Positions 35,398 to 46,600 are shown, numbered from the stretch's first letter. The stretch: DNA of 56,708 bases from an uncultured Bdellovibrionales bacterium (GCA_964484505.1 CAZAFB010000008.1:1-56708); one strand, 5' to 3'. Notes: generated from the letters alone by a model not told the origin. Numbers and translations are program-made.

Positions 35398-38322
35398 ATG
35401 TTTAAGAAAGTAGATCAAAAACAACCATTTCCAAAAATGGAGGAAGAAATTCTGAAGTTTTGGGATGAAAATAGGGTGTTTGAAAAGTCGGTCAGTAATC
35501 GTGAGGGCGCCAAAAAATACAGTTTTTATGACGGTCCTCCGTTTGCAACCGGGTTGCCGCACTATGGCCATTTAGTGGCAAGTACAATGAAAGATGTTGT
35601 GCCACGCTATTGGACGATGCGCGGTTATCAAGTTGAGCGAAAATGGGGCTGGGATTGTCATGGCTTGCCGATCGAAAATATTGCAGAAAAGGCATTGGGA
35701 ATTTCCCATAAAAAAGACATTGAAAAAATGGGAGTGGATAAGTTCAACGAATTTTGTCGCACAACCGTCTTGAAATATGTTGATGAATGGAAAATTGTCA
35801 TCAATCGTCTCGGCCGCTGGGCTGACATGGAAAATAGTTATAAGACGATGGATCTTTCGTATATGGAATCGGTGTGGTGGGTGTTTAAACAACTTTGGGA
35901 CAAAGGATTGATTTACGAAGGGTATCGTTCAATGCATGTATGTACGCGCTGCGAAACTACACTTTCCCAACAAGAAGTAAGTGAAGGATACAAGGATATA
36001 AAGGACTTATCCGCAATTGCCAAATTCGAACTGATAGACGAACCGGGGACGTTTGTTTTGGCATGGACGACAACGCCATGGACATTGATTGGTAATGTGG
36101 CGTTAGCAGTTGGGAAGGATATTGAATATGCAAAAATCAGAACCACTGATTCTCACATGAAAACACATGATTGCACTGAGCATTTTATTATCGCAAAGGA
36201 AAGGTTAGTTGAACTTTTTGCGGATAAAAAATATGAAGTAATTGATAAATTTAAAGGCAGTGATTTAATTGATAAAAACTACAAACCACTCTTTGATTAT
36301 TACCAAAACAAAGGTCTGGAAAATGAGGAAAACGGCTGGAAAATATATGCTGCGGATTTTGTGACTACGGAAGAAGGAACGGGCGTGGTACATATTGCGC
36401 CAGCTTTTGGTGAAGATGACCTGAATCTAAGTTATCAATATAAATTGCCATTCATTCAACACGTTGGCATGGATGGACTTATCAAGAAAGAGGTGGGAGA
36501 ATTTGCGGGACTCAGCGTGAAACCATTGGAAAACCATATGAGCACAGATATTGAAATTATCAAATATTTGGCTCATAGTAATCTGCTGTTTTTTAAGGAA
36601 AAATACGAACACAGCTATCCACATTGCTGGAGATGTGATACGCCTCTAATCAATTACGCGACATCTTCGTGGTTTGTCAAAGTTACTGATATTAAAGAAA
36701 AAGCACTGGAATTGGCCAAGGAAATCAATTGGTCACCGGCACATATGAAAGAAGGACGTTTCGGCAATTGGCTTGAGGGAGCTCGCGATTGGTCAATTTC
36801 GCGCCAACGTTACTGGGCTTCTGTTATGCCGATTTGGAGGTGTGAATGTGGCGAAGTGAAAGTGATGGGGTCGGTGGCGGAGCTCGAAGAATTGAGTGGT
36901 AAAAAAATAACCGATCTGCACAAACATGTTGTCGATGGAATCACGTTGAAGTGCGATAAATGCAGTGGTGAGATGAAAAGAATTCCTGATGTCTTGGATA
37001 CATGGTTTGATAGCGGCTCGATGCCGTATGCACAAGTGCATTATCCCTTCGAGAACAAAGAGAAGTTTGACGCGGGATTCCCGGCGGAGTTTATTGCGGA
37101 AGGAGTGGATCAGACGCGCGCATGGTTCTATTACCTGCATATTATTGCGTCTGCAATCAAGGAGAAGCCGGCTTTTAAGAATGTTATTGTGAATGGAATT
37201 GTGTTGGCTGAGGACGGGAAGAAGATGAGTAAGAGGCTGCAGAATTATCCCGACCCGAGTTTTGTGTTTGAAAAATATGGCGCCGATGCTCTGCGATTTT
37301 ATCTGATGTCGTCGCCGGTTGTTGCAGCTGATAATTTGAATTTCAAGGAAAATGATGTAGCTGATTTGATTCGTGGTATGTTCCGCATGCTTTGGAATTC
37401 ATATTCTTTTTTTGTGATGTATGCAAACATCGATGGCTTTCAGTCGTCAATAGCGACAAGCAACAAGCGACAAGCGACAAGTCTTCTCGACAGATGGATT
37501 TTGTCGGAACTCAACGTTCTTATTAATGATGTGAATCGTCATATGGAGGCGTATGAATTGCATAAGGCCGCAAGGTTATTTCCAAAATTCATTGATAATC
37601 TTTCCAATTGGTATATTCGCAGATCGCGTAAACGTTTTTGGAAATCGGAAAATGATACGGATAAGAACGAGGCTTATGCGACCTTGCATCATGTGCTGGT
37701 GACACTTTCGCAACTCATGGCGCCGTTTACACCGTTTGTGGCAGAAGAAATTTATAGAAATCTTACAGGGGAAGAATCTGTCCATCTCTCTGATTTTCCT
37801 GCGGTTGATGAAAAGATGATTGATGAGAAATTGAACGAACAAATGAACGCGGCGCGGGAAATTGTGAGCGCAGGTCTTCAAAAACGCGCGGAGGCGAAAA
37901 TAAAAGTGCGTCAGCCTTTGGCGAGCGCAACTGTTTTTGTGGAGCTCTCCGAAGAATTGAAGGAGATTGTGAAGGAAGAACTGAATGTAAAAACGATAGT
38001 TTTGGGAGATTTGGAAAATAGGGGGGATTTGGGAAATGTGGTGTTGAACACGGAAATTACTGAAGAGTTGAAGTTGGAGGGGCAGGCGAGGGAGGTGATT
38101 CGCGCAATTCAGGAGATGCGAAAATCAGCCGGCTTTGAGGTTGACAATCGCATAAATATATGCTATAATGGATTGTCAAAAGTTTTTGGAAAGTTCGGCG
38201 ATTTGATTGCCAAAGAAACGCTTTCCCAAGCCCTAAGTGAAGGAAAAATGGCAGAAGCTGATTTGGAAAAGGATTTTACGATTGATAATGAAAGCGTTAT
38301 AATAGGAATAAAGAGAGTTTAA
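35398..38322 (+). CDS. ileS: Isoleucine--tRNA ligase (type 2)
   Basis: DGPPFATGLPHYGH, GWDCHGLP, WTTTPWTL, DWSISRQRYW, GVDQTRAWFY, KMSKR. Confidence 0.99.
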   Translation: MFKKVDQKQPFPKMEEEILKFWDENRVFEKSVSNREGAKKYSFYDGPPFATGLPHYGHLVASTMKDVVPRYWTMRGYQVERKWGWDCHGLPIENIAEKALGISHKKDIEKMGVDKFNEFCRTTVLKYVDEWKIVINRLGRWADMENSYKTMDLSYMESVWWVFKQLWDKGLIYEGYRSMHVCTRCETTLSQQEVSEGYKDIKDLSAIAKFELIDEPGTFVLAWTTTPWTLIGNVALAVGKDIEYAKIRTTDSHMKTHDCTEHFIIAKERLVELFADKKYEVIDKFKGSDLIDKNYKPLFDYYQNKGLENEENGWKIYAADFVTTEEGTGVVHIAPAFGEDDLNLSYQYKLPFIQHVGMDGLIKKEVGEFAGLSVKPLENHMSTDIEIIKYLAHSNLLFFKEKYEHSYPHCWRCDTPLINYATSSWFVKVTDIKEKALELAKEINWSPAHMKEGRFGNWLEGARDWSISRQRYWASVMPIWRCECGEVKVMGSVAELEELSGKKITDLHKHVVDGITLKCDKCSGEMKRIPDVLDTWFDSGSMPYAQVHYPFENKEKFDAGFPAEFIAEGVDQTRAWFYYLHIIASAIKEKPAFKNVIVNGIVLAEDGKKMSKRLQNYPDPSFVFEKYGADALRFYLMSSPVVAADNLNFKENDVADLIRGMFRMLWNSYSFFVMYANIDGFQSSIATSNKRQATSLLDRWILSELNVLINDVNRHMEAYELHKAARLFPKFIDNLSNWYIRRSRKRFWKSENDTDKNEAYATLHHVLVTLSQLMAPFTPFVAEEIYRNLTGEESVHLSDFPAVDEKMIDEKLNEQMNAAREIVSAGLQKRAEAKIKVRQPLASATVFVELSEELKEIVKEELNVKTIVLGDLENRGDLGNVVLNTEITEELKLEGQAREVIRAIQEMRKSAGFEVDNRINICYNGLSKVFGKFGDLIAKETLSQALSEGKMAEADLEKDFTIDNESVIIGIKRV
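36140..36179 (+). repeat. In-frame left arm of the GAACCAC MITE in ileS
   Basis: GAACCACTGATTCTCACATGAAAACACATGATTGCACTGA; encodes RTTDSHMKTHDCT. Confidence 0.85.
37452..37479 (+). repeat. In-frame heptamer array in ileS
   Basis: AGCGACA-AGCAACA-AGCGACA-AGCGACA; encodes ATSNKRQAT. Confidence 0.75.
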
Positions 38323-38354
38323 TTTAAATTTGAATATTAAGGAGGGGGAGCGAA

Positions 38355-38570
38355 ATGATTACAAAAAAAACAGAGTGGATTGTTATTTTGTTTTTTGTAT
38401 CATTTGGTCTTGCTAATTGCGTTTTTGATTGGCAAGATCCCTGGTTCTTTGGTGATTGGCTTGGGCAAATTTTTGCCTGGGTCAAGGACTTGGTATTTTG
38501 GCTTTTCCTGGCTGTTGTTGCATTGGTTGTTATGCACAATTGGCCAGAAAAAAGCAAGGAGGCAACCTAG
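38355..38570 (+). CDS. Small Trp/Phe-rich membrane protein (71 aa)
   Basis: SD AGGAGG; two hydrophobic segments. Confidence 0.65.
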   Translation: MITKKTEWIVILFFVSFGLANCVFDWQDPWFFGDWLGQIFAWVKDLVFWLFLAVVALVVMHNWPEKSKEAT

Positions 38571-38583
38571 AAAGGGGGGCGCC

Positions 38584-38787
38584 ATGAACACCAATTTGTA
38601 TTTTAAAGGAGATTTTTTTGATCTCCAGAAAGTTGTCGATAATCTGAAGGCCTCCGGTCTTCAGCAAAAAATTGACAAACAGATTGCTGAGGGTGATGAC
38701 TATTGCCCTCAGCCGGGAATTATCTGGGTGATCTGGGATGACATAATCGTCCCGATCGCCAAGGGGATTGGCAAAGCACTGCTTTAG
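38584..38787 (+). CDS. Small peptide (67 aa) with an amphipathic C-terminus
   Basis: SD AAGGGGGG; MNTNLYFKGDFFDLQK...CPQPGIIWVIWDDIIVPIAKGIGKALL. Confidence 0.65.
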   Translation: MNTNLYFKGDFFDLQKVVDNLKASGLQQKIDKQIAEGDDYCPQPGIIWVIWDDIIVPIAKGIGKALL

Positions 38788-38814
38788 TCGCTGAGCTGAT
38801 TCTCAAAAATTGAG

Positions 38815-38849
38815 GAGCTGCGTTATCATAATGCGGCTTCTTTTCTTTT
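38815..38849 (+). terminator. Terminator of the two-peptide operon
   Basis: GAGCTGCGTT/AATGCGGCTT then T-rich tail. Confidence 0.65.
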
Positions 38850-38927
38850 GTCTTAAAAAGTTTTTATCTATGTGCGCGTGGAGGTTCAACCTCTAAAAAT
38901 ATGCTAAAATTAGATAGAACATGGATC

Positions 38928-39044
38928 CGGCAGTAGAAATCCAAATTGGAATCCCAAACTGTCGTGAGTTCAGCCACCAAAAGTAAACTACTAATATGTG
39001 GGTTTACTGAAATATTTTTTAATAAGTTTGGATTTTCACTGCCG
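38928..39044 (+). ncRNA. Unidentified structured RNA candidate upstream of recO
   Basis: 20-bp closing stem 38928-38947 / 39025-39044, inner hairpin AGTAAAC/GTTTACT, extended -10 TGcTAAAAT at 38902-38910. Confidence 0.5.
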
Positions 39045-39045
39045 A

Positions 39046-39777
39046 ATGGAACAGACATATACCTCAATCATTTTGAAAAAGCGCGATGTCGGGGAGATGG
39101 ATCGGCTTTATTGGCTATATACAAAAGAGCGCGGCAAAATGCAGGTGTTGGCAAAAAGCGTACGCAAGCAAGGAGCCAAACTCGCAGGTCTTTTGGAGAA
39201 TTTCACTTTGGCGGATGTGACGATTGCGCGCAGTCGCGGTACGGGGAAAATAACCGGTTCGATCGTGGAAAATAATTTTTCCTATCTTAAGCGTGACGGC
39301 GAAGCGCTTGATTCGGTGTTTTCAGCTATTAACATGATCAATCGTTTTATTGATTTAGAAAACATCGACGAGAGGTTGTTCGGTATATTACATGATTATC
39401 TGGAAACGATCGACAATATTTCTGAAAATGTTAAGGAGTACTCCAAAAAAGATATGGCGCTGCGCTTGGTGAGTGCGGGCTTTTTGCTGCACATGACAAA
39501 TGTTTTGGGGTATACGATTGAAAGTTCGCGCTGCGCTTATTGCGGTAGTCAAATATCGGAAAGTGATGCTAATTTTTCAGCGCGGAGCGGCGGAATTGTC
39601 TGTAATGGTTGCGTCAGAAAATCGATCGGCTCAATGCATATTTCCAAAAATGCAACCAAAGCGCTTCGCATATGCGCCAAAAATTCCTTGAAGTCATTGG
39701 TGAAATTGCAAATGCAACAGCGAGACCTCAGATCCCTGGAGGCAGTAATCAATGATTTTTATCGTTGGCTTGCTTAA
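39046..39777 (+). CDS. recO: DNA repair protein RecO
   Basis: ILKKRDVGEMDRLYWLYTKERGKMQVLAKSVRK, Zn finger CAYCG...GGIVCNGC. Confidence 0.93.
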   Translation: MEQTYTSIILKKRDVGEMDRLYWLYTKERGKMQVLAKSVRKQGAKLAGLLENFTLADVTIARSRGTGKITGSIVENNFSYLKRDGEALDSVFSAINMINRFIDLENIDERLFGILHDYLETIDNISENVKEYSKKDMALRLVSAGFLLHMTNVLGYTIESSRCAYCGSQISESDANFSARSGGIVCNGCVRKSIGSMHISKNATKALRICAKNSLKSLVKLQMQQRDLRSLEAVINDFYRWLA

Positions 39778-39793
39778 GATGCTTAGGTGAAAA

Positions 39794-39845
39794 ATAGGAC
39801 AAGGGTAATAGGACTGATGGGACGGATAGGACGCATATGACTAAT
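39794..39845 (+). repeat. AGGAC/GGGAC periodic arm
   Basis: ATAGGAC...ATAGGACTGATGGGACGGATAGGACGCATATGACTAAT. Confidence 0.6.
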
Positions 39846-39889
39846 GTGGTATAATTATTGCAAGGGAATTAAACTAAAATACAAATAAA

Positions 39890-41803
39890 ATGTCACTTGA
39901 TGAACTCAATAAACATCTGCAAAGCAGGGATGATAGTGAAGATATCCATCGCCAGCACGATGTTGACGAATATAATCCCTTCGGGCAAGCGAATACCGAA
40001 GGAGAAAATCCTTTCTTGAAAGAACGTGAATGGAAAGAGCCTCAAAAAGGTTTGACTTCGAAACAGAAGAAAATTTTGAAGATAATCGGCATCATTGTCT
40101 CGGTTTTGATCGTGGTCGGACTTGGATGGTGGGGGTGGGAAAAGTGGAAAAAAGATTCTTTTCATGAAGATCGGGTAGTTGTTTCCATTGATGGCCCAAA
40201 AGATGCGGATAGCACGCAGACAGTGGAATATTTCATCAAATATGAAAATAACAATCGGATCACTTTGCGTGACGTGGAAGTGGTGCTGACATATGCGGAA
40301 AATTTTCAACCCATAGATAATGTCAATCTCAAATATCTCAGCAAATCTAGCAGCAAAGTATACGTGGGCGATATAAAGCCGGGAGCAAAAGCGGAAGTTC
40401 CGTTTAAGGGAATATTTTATGCACCTAAAGATTATCAAGTATATCTACGTGCGTCGATGGATTATTCGGTTTCCGGAAGGTCGGAGAAATTGCATTCCTC
40501 GGGACAACTGGGTGTAAATATTGATAATTCGCCTTTGCTTCTGGATGTGGTTGCACCAAGAGAGGCTGCAGATGGCGATAGTGTGGAATATGTCATTGAT
40601 TATAAGAATTTGGATGTGCGCTCTCTTGAAGATGTGCAATTGCGCGCCGAGTTTCCCCAAGGATTTCAACTGGTTTCTTCGAATCCAAATACTTCCGAAG
40701 GGGATAATGTCTGGTATATGGGCACATTGGAGGCTAATCAGGGAGGCAAAGTAAGAATACAGGGGAAATTGTCAGGAAGCCCTGATGATGGGAAAACCTT
40801 CAAATTATCTCTGGGAAAAATGGGAGATGATGGTAATTTTGTGGTATATAATCAACGAGTCGTTAACACAAGGATGGTAGTTGCAGCTCTTTCAATAAAA
40901 CAGTCGTTGGTTAACGGGGCAGAAAATGGCATAACCAAAGCAGGAGCAAATCTTTCCTACCGTATCAATTATGAGAATAATTCCAACATAGGAATGAGAA
41001 ATGCCATAGTAACCGTGGAGATAGACAGCAAAATTGTTGACTATTCGAAGTTATCTATAGACAGGGGTTCTTTTGATGAATCCAAAAAAACAATTTCTTG
41101 GAAAGCTTCAGATGTGCCGGAGTTGATTAATATACAGCCAAAAGGAAAAGGGGAATTGAAGTTTACCGTACCGGTATTGGAGATAATTCCAGTAACCGGT
41201 GTGCAAGATAAAAATTTTACCGTTCGCACAGTTGCGAAAATAGACAGTCCCGACATACCTTCAGTGGCAAGTGAAAATAAAATAATTGGCAGTAGCGCAA
41301 TGGAGCTTAAGCTTGGATCAAAAGTTATTATCGAGACGCTTGGGTATTATGAAGATGCCAATGTGGAAAATTCGGGACCTATGCCCTTGGAAGTTGGCAA
41401 AGAAACCACCTATACTATGCATTGGACCATATTTAATGTATCCAATGAGCTGCAAGATGCTGTTTTGACAGCCTCTATTCCTTCAGGATATCGTTGGACA
41501 GGCAAGACTTATCCGGAAAATGAACATGTGGAGTTTGATAGCAGGACAAACATAATTTCTTGGAGGGTGGGGGGTGTTAACCCTGGAGTAGGATTGCTTG
41601 AGCCGAAAAGAGAAGTTAGTTTTCAAATAGGCATAACTCCACAATCCAATCAGTCTGGGAGATCACTGACATTGTTGAATCCGGGAACATTCAAAGCAAA
41701 AGATGGTTTTACTAAGGAGGAGATAAACTTACAGATTCCCATGAAAGATATGCAATTACATGAAGATGTGAGTATTCCTCCCGATGGATATAAAGTTAAA
41801 TAA
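39890..41803 (+). CDS. Single-pass membrane protein with tandem Ig-like (DUF11-like) domains
   Basis: TM IIGIIVSVLIVVGLGWWGW, repeated Y.I.Y.N...L.DV...P.F modules; TGgTATAAT promoter at 39847-39855. Confidence 0.85.
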   Translation: MSLDELNKHLQSRDDSEDIHRQHDVDEYNPFGQANTEGENPFLKEREWKEPQKGLTSKQKKILKIIGIIVSVLIVVGLGWWGWEKWKKDSFHEDRVVVSIDGPKDADSTQTVEYFIKYENNNRITLRDVEVVLTYAENFQPIDNVNLKYLSKSSSKVYVGDIKPGAKAEVPFKGIFYAPKDYQVYLRASMDYSVSGRSEKLHSSGQLGVNIDNSPLLLDVVAPREAADGDSVEYVIDYKNLDVRSLEDVQLRAEFPQGFQLVSSNPNTSEGDNVWYMGTLEANQGGKVRIQGKLSGSPDDGKTFKLSLGKMGDDGNFVVYNQRVVNTRMVVAALSIKQSLVNGAENGITKAGANLSYRINYENNSNIGMRNAIVTVEIDSKIVDYSKLSIDRGSFDESKKTISWKASDVPELINIQPKGKGELKFTVPVLEIIPVTGVQDKNFTVRTVAKIDSPDIPSVASENKIIGSSAMELKLGSKVIIETLGYYEDANVENSGPMPLEVGKETTYTMHWTIFNVSNELQDAVLTASIPSGYRWTGKTYPENEHVEFDSRTNIISWRVGGVNPGVGLLEPKREVSFQIGITPQSNQSGRSLTLLNPGTFKAKDGFTKEEINLQIPMKDMQLHEDVSIPPDGYKVK

Positions 41804-41821
41804 ACAATGTGCTGCAATTGG

Positions 41822-43012
<1,191 letters not shown>

Positions 43013-43199
43013 TTCTTTGTCTTTTTTTTGACGAGTGGTATAATGAATTAGTGGATCTTTTGTTTACTTTTTCTGCAAAATAAAAACAAGGTTATCGTGG
43101 AAGCTAATCTTATAAAGTTCAAATATATTTAGTATAGTTGTGGCCCTGGCTTACTTGGCAGGATTGGTTTTTTGCGACCATTTTTCTTAAAAAACGAAA

Positions 43200-43592
43200 A
43201 TGAATAACTTTTTTGAAAAAATAAAAAAGATTAAATTTATTCACCGTGAAGCAATGCAAAAGATTGGCGAGTGGAACGGTTTTTCGCGAACGCGCGAATT
43301 GCCTGGCTTGTTGCATAGTAAAATGCAAGCTTTTTTCGATGGCAAGGGACCGCTGGTAGTTGCAGTTTTTATCGCAGTTGCATCAATAGCGGCATATTTG
43401 ATAATCAAAAAAAACAATATTGAAGCCGCCGGGTATGCTTGGCAACAAACCGATTGGTCCGGTGGCACTGACGAGAGCAATTTTCCAAACCATCAAAACA
43501 ATCAGACCGGCTGGACGAAATATTATTCTGCGGGAACGGGTTCTATTGATGTATCAAATAATGAGTTGAAACTCAATAGATATTCGAATTAA
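43200..43592 (+). CDS. Membrane-anchored small surface protein (130 aa)
   Basis: TM LVVAVFIAVASIAAYLII, then AAGYAWQQTDWSGG...GWTKYYS. Confidence 0.75.
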   Translation: MNNFFEKIKKIKFIHREAMQKIGEWNGFSRTRELPGLLHSKMQAFFDGKGPLVVAVFIAVASIAAYLIIKKNNIEAAGYAWQQTDWSGGTDESNFPNHQNNQTGWTKYYSAGTGSIDVSNNELKLNRYSN

Positions 43593-43615
43593 AATAGTTT
43601 GAGAATAAAAATAAA

Positions 43616-46600
43616 ATGAAACCAAGGGCGAATCATTTTAAGAGACATTTTTTCCTAGGCGCAAGCTTTTTCGCGATGGTTTTTTTGTTTTTTTCTCATA
43701 ATGCTAACGCGGCAACCATTACTTGGGATGGATCATCCTCAACTGATTGGGCTACTGCAGCAAACTGGGTTGGCGATGCGGTGCCTACCTCCACTGATGA
43801 CGTGGTTATCAATGGCAGTTATACAAATGCTCCCATCCTCAATCTTTCCGCCGGTGCGGTTACGGTAAATTCTCTCTCTGTCGGATCAAGTGCAACATCG
43901 GTGGTGACCGTTTCCAATGGAGATATCGATACCAAAAAACTTATAGTTACGGGAGATGTAACGATCGGAGCAAGCGGAACTTTGACTCACACAGCCAATT
44001 CCAGCGCTGAGACACACAGACTTTCTTTGCAGGTAGGGGGCAACATGACGATAGTTTCAGGTGGCTCAATTAGTATCAACAGCAAAGGTTATACAGGCAC
44101 AAGTGGTAATGGTCGTGGTCCAGGTGCCGGAGGGGGAGGCGATATTAATCAGCGTGGTAGTGGTGGGGGTCATGGCGGCAAGGGCGCTAGCACTACAACG
44201 CATGCAGGCGGTACCACTTATGACTCCATAACACAGCCTGCAATGATAGGTTCTTCGGGCGGAACTTGTTCTCGTGCAGCTTATGGCGGTGCTGGCGGTG
44301 GCGCTGCAAAAATTGTGGTAGGGGGAACATTAACTTTGGAAGGAGCATTGACGGCAGTGGGTGGCAATGGAATTACTGATAAGTGTTCCGGCGGTGGTTC
44401 GGGAGGAGCTATTTGGGTTGTTGCTGGAAATTTAACAGGTGCTGGATCGATTAATGCAAATGGAGGCACTTCATATAACAATGATTTAACTTCTGCCAGC
44501 GGTGGCGGTGGTGGAAGAATAGCAATTGAATATACCACAAGTTCTTTTTCTGGAGCCATTACCGCTTTTGGTAAGACCGGCTATGCCTATGGAGGTGCGG
44601 GAACAATCTATTTGAAGCAGGGAACAAACAATGGCGATCTTATTGTTGATAATAATTCAGTGGCTGGTGCGGATACGCTGCAGCTTGCCGGAACTAACTT
44701 CACTTTTGATAATGTAACAATTACGAAATCGGCAAAATATGTAATCCCGGATACTTCCAGCTTGGCAGCTTCTGTAAGTCTCTCCGCAAATTCAGTTGAC
44801 GCAACGATAACTGTTAACAGCGGTGGCTCAATGACATTACCCGCCAGTCAAAATTCTCTAGCTTATTTTTCCATAGCCAATAGCGGAACAGTCAATGTCT
44901 CGCAATCAAATTTTTCTATTTCCAACGGAACAATTACGAATAACGGAACAATAACGGGCATATCGAACTTAACTTTGTCATCAGTTACTTTCTATCAAAA
45001 CGGAACGCTTACTGGAATAACTGATCTTATTGTCGGCGCGTCATCAACTTTTGAATTTCAAAATCTTACACCCTCAACACCTTTCAATTTAAATAGCTTG
45101 ACTATTCAAAGCAGCGGAGTTTTAACGCATAAAGGAAATTCTTCAACAGAAGCGTATACTCTTAATTTGAATATTTCCGGCAATCTAGATGTGCAATCTG
45201 GCGGTTCGATTAATCTGAACAGCAAAGGTTATACAGGCACAAGTGGTAATGGTCGTGGTCCAGGTGCCGGAGGGGGAGGCGATATTAATCAGCGTGGTAG
45301 TGGTGGGGGTCATGGCGGCAAGGGCGCTAGCACTACAACGCATGCAGGCGGTACCACTTATGACTCCATAACACAGCCTGCAATGATAGGTTCTTCGGGC
45401 GGAACTTGTTCTCGTGCAGCTTATGGCGGTGCTGGCGGTGGCGCTGCAAAAATTGTGGTAGGGGGAACATTAACTTTGGAAGGAGCATTGACGGCAGTGG
45501 GTGGCAATGGAATTACTGATAAGTGTTCCGGCGGTGGTTCGGGAGGAGCTATTTGGGTTGTTGCTGGAAATTTAACAGGTGCTGGATCGATTAATGCAAA
45601 TGGAGGCACTTCATATAACAATGATTTAACTTCTGCCAGCGGTGGCGGTGGTGGAAGAATAGCAATTGAATATACCACAAGTTCTTTTTCTGGAGCCATT
45701 ACCGCTTTTGGTAAGACCGGCTATGCCTATGGAGGTGCGGGAACAATCTATTTGAAGCAGGGAACAAACAATGGCGATCTTATTGTTGATAATAATTCAG
45801 TGGCTGGTGCGGATACGCTGCAGCTTGCCGGAACTAACTTCACTTTTGATAATGTAACAATTACGAAATCGGCAAAATATGTAATCCCGGATACTTCCAG
45901 CTTGGCAGCTTCTGTAAGTCTCTCCGCAAATTCAGTTGACGCAACGATAACTGTTAACAGCGGTGGCTCAATGACATTACCCGCCAGTCAAAATTCTCTA
46001 GCTTATTTTTCCATAGCCAATAGCGGAACAGTCAATGTCTCGCAATCAAATTTTTCTATTTCCAACGGAACAATTACGAATAACGGAACAATAACGGGCA
46101 TATCGAACTTAACTTTGTCATCAGTTACTTTCTATCAAAACGGAACGCTTACTGGAATAACTGATCTTATTGTCGGCGCGTCATCAACTTTTGAATTTCA
46201 AAATCTTAACGCTTCTACGCCTTTTAATCTTAGCAATCTCACGGTCCTAAGTGGAGGAACAATAACTCACAAAGCAAATTCCTCAACAGAAACGTATACC
46301 TTGAACTTGAATATTTCAGGTGATTTTGATTTGCAATCCGGAGGAGCGATAAGTCTTAATGGTAGGGGTTATGTCGGGAAAAGTGGTACGGGATATGGTC
46401 CGGGTGCTGGTGCAGGCGGTGATTTAAATGCTTATGGCGCCGGTGGTGGATATGGAGGTAAGGGAGGAAACGGAAGAGCGGGCTTAGTTGGGGGGTCGCC
46501 GTATGGATCAATTGTACAACCTGTAAATATTGGTTCATCAGGTGGAGCAGCAACAGCAACATCAGGATCTGGCGGTGGTGCTGTAAAGATAATTGTCGGA

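Noticed and set aside
38380-38787. Single 135-aa ORF from the track
   Set aside because: Two SD-led ORFs (38355-38570 and 38584-38787) explain the region better; the long form has no SD and overlaps the first.
38928-39044. SRP (4.5S) RNA identity for the structured RNA
   Set aside because: Lacks the conserved GGAA tetraloop and the AGG/AGCAG internal-loop motif.
43580-43630. Frameshifted single gene joining the 130-aa ORF and the giant protein
   Set aside because: The downstream ORF has its own ATG and complete signal peptide, and no slippery site is evident.
44078-46208. Diversity-generating retroelement template/variable pair
   Set aside because: The copies are identical and in frame within one gene; no adenine-specific mismatches and no reverse transcriptase in the window.
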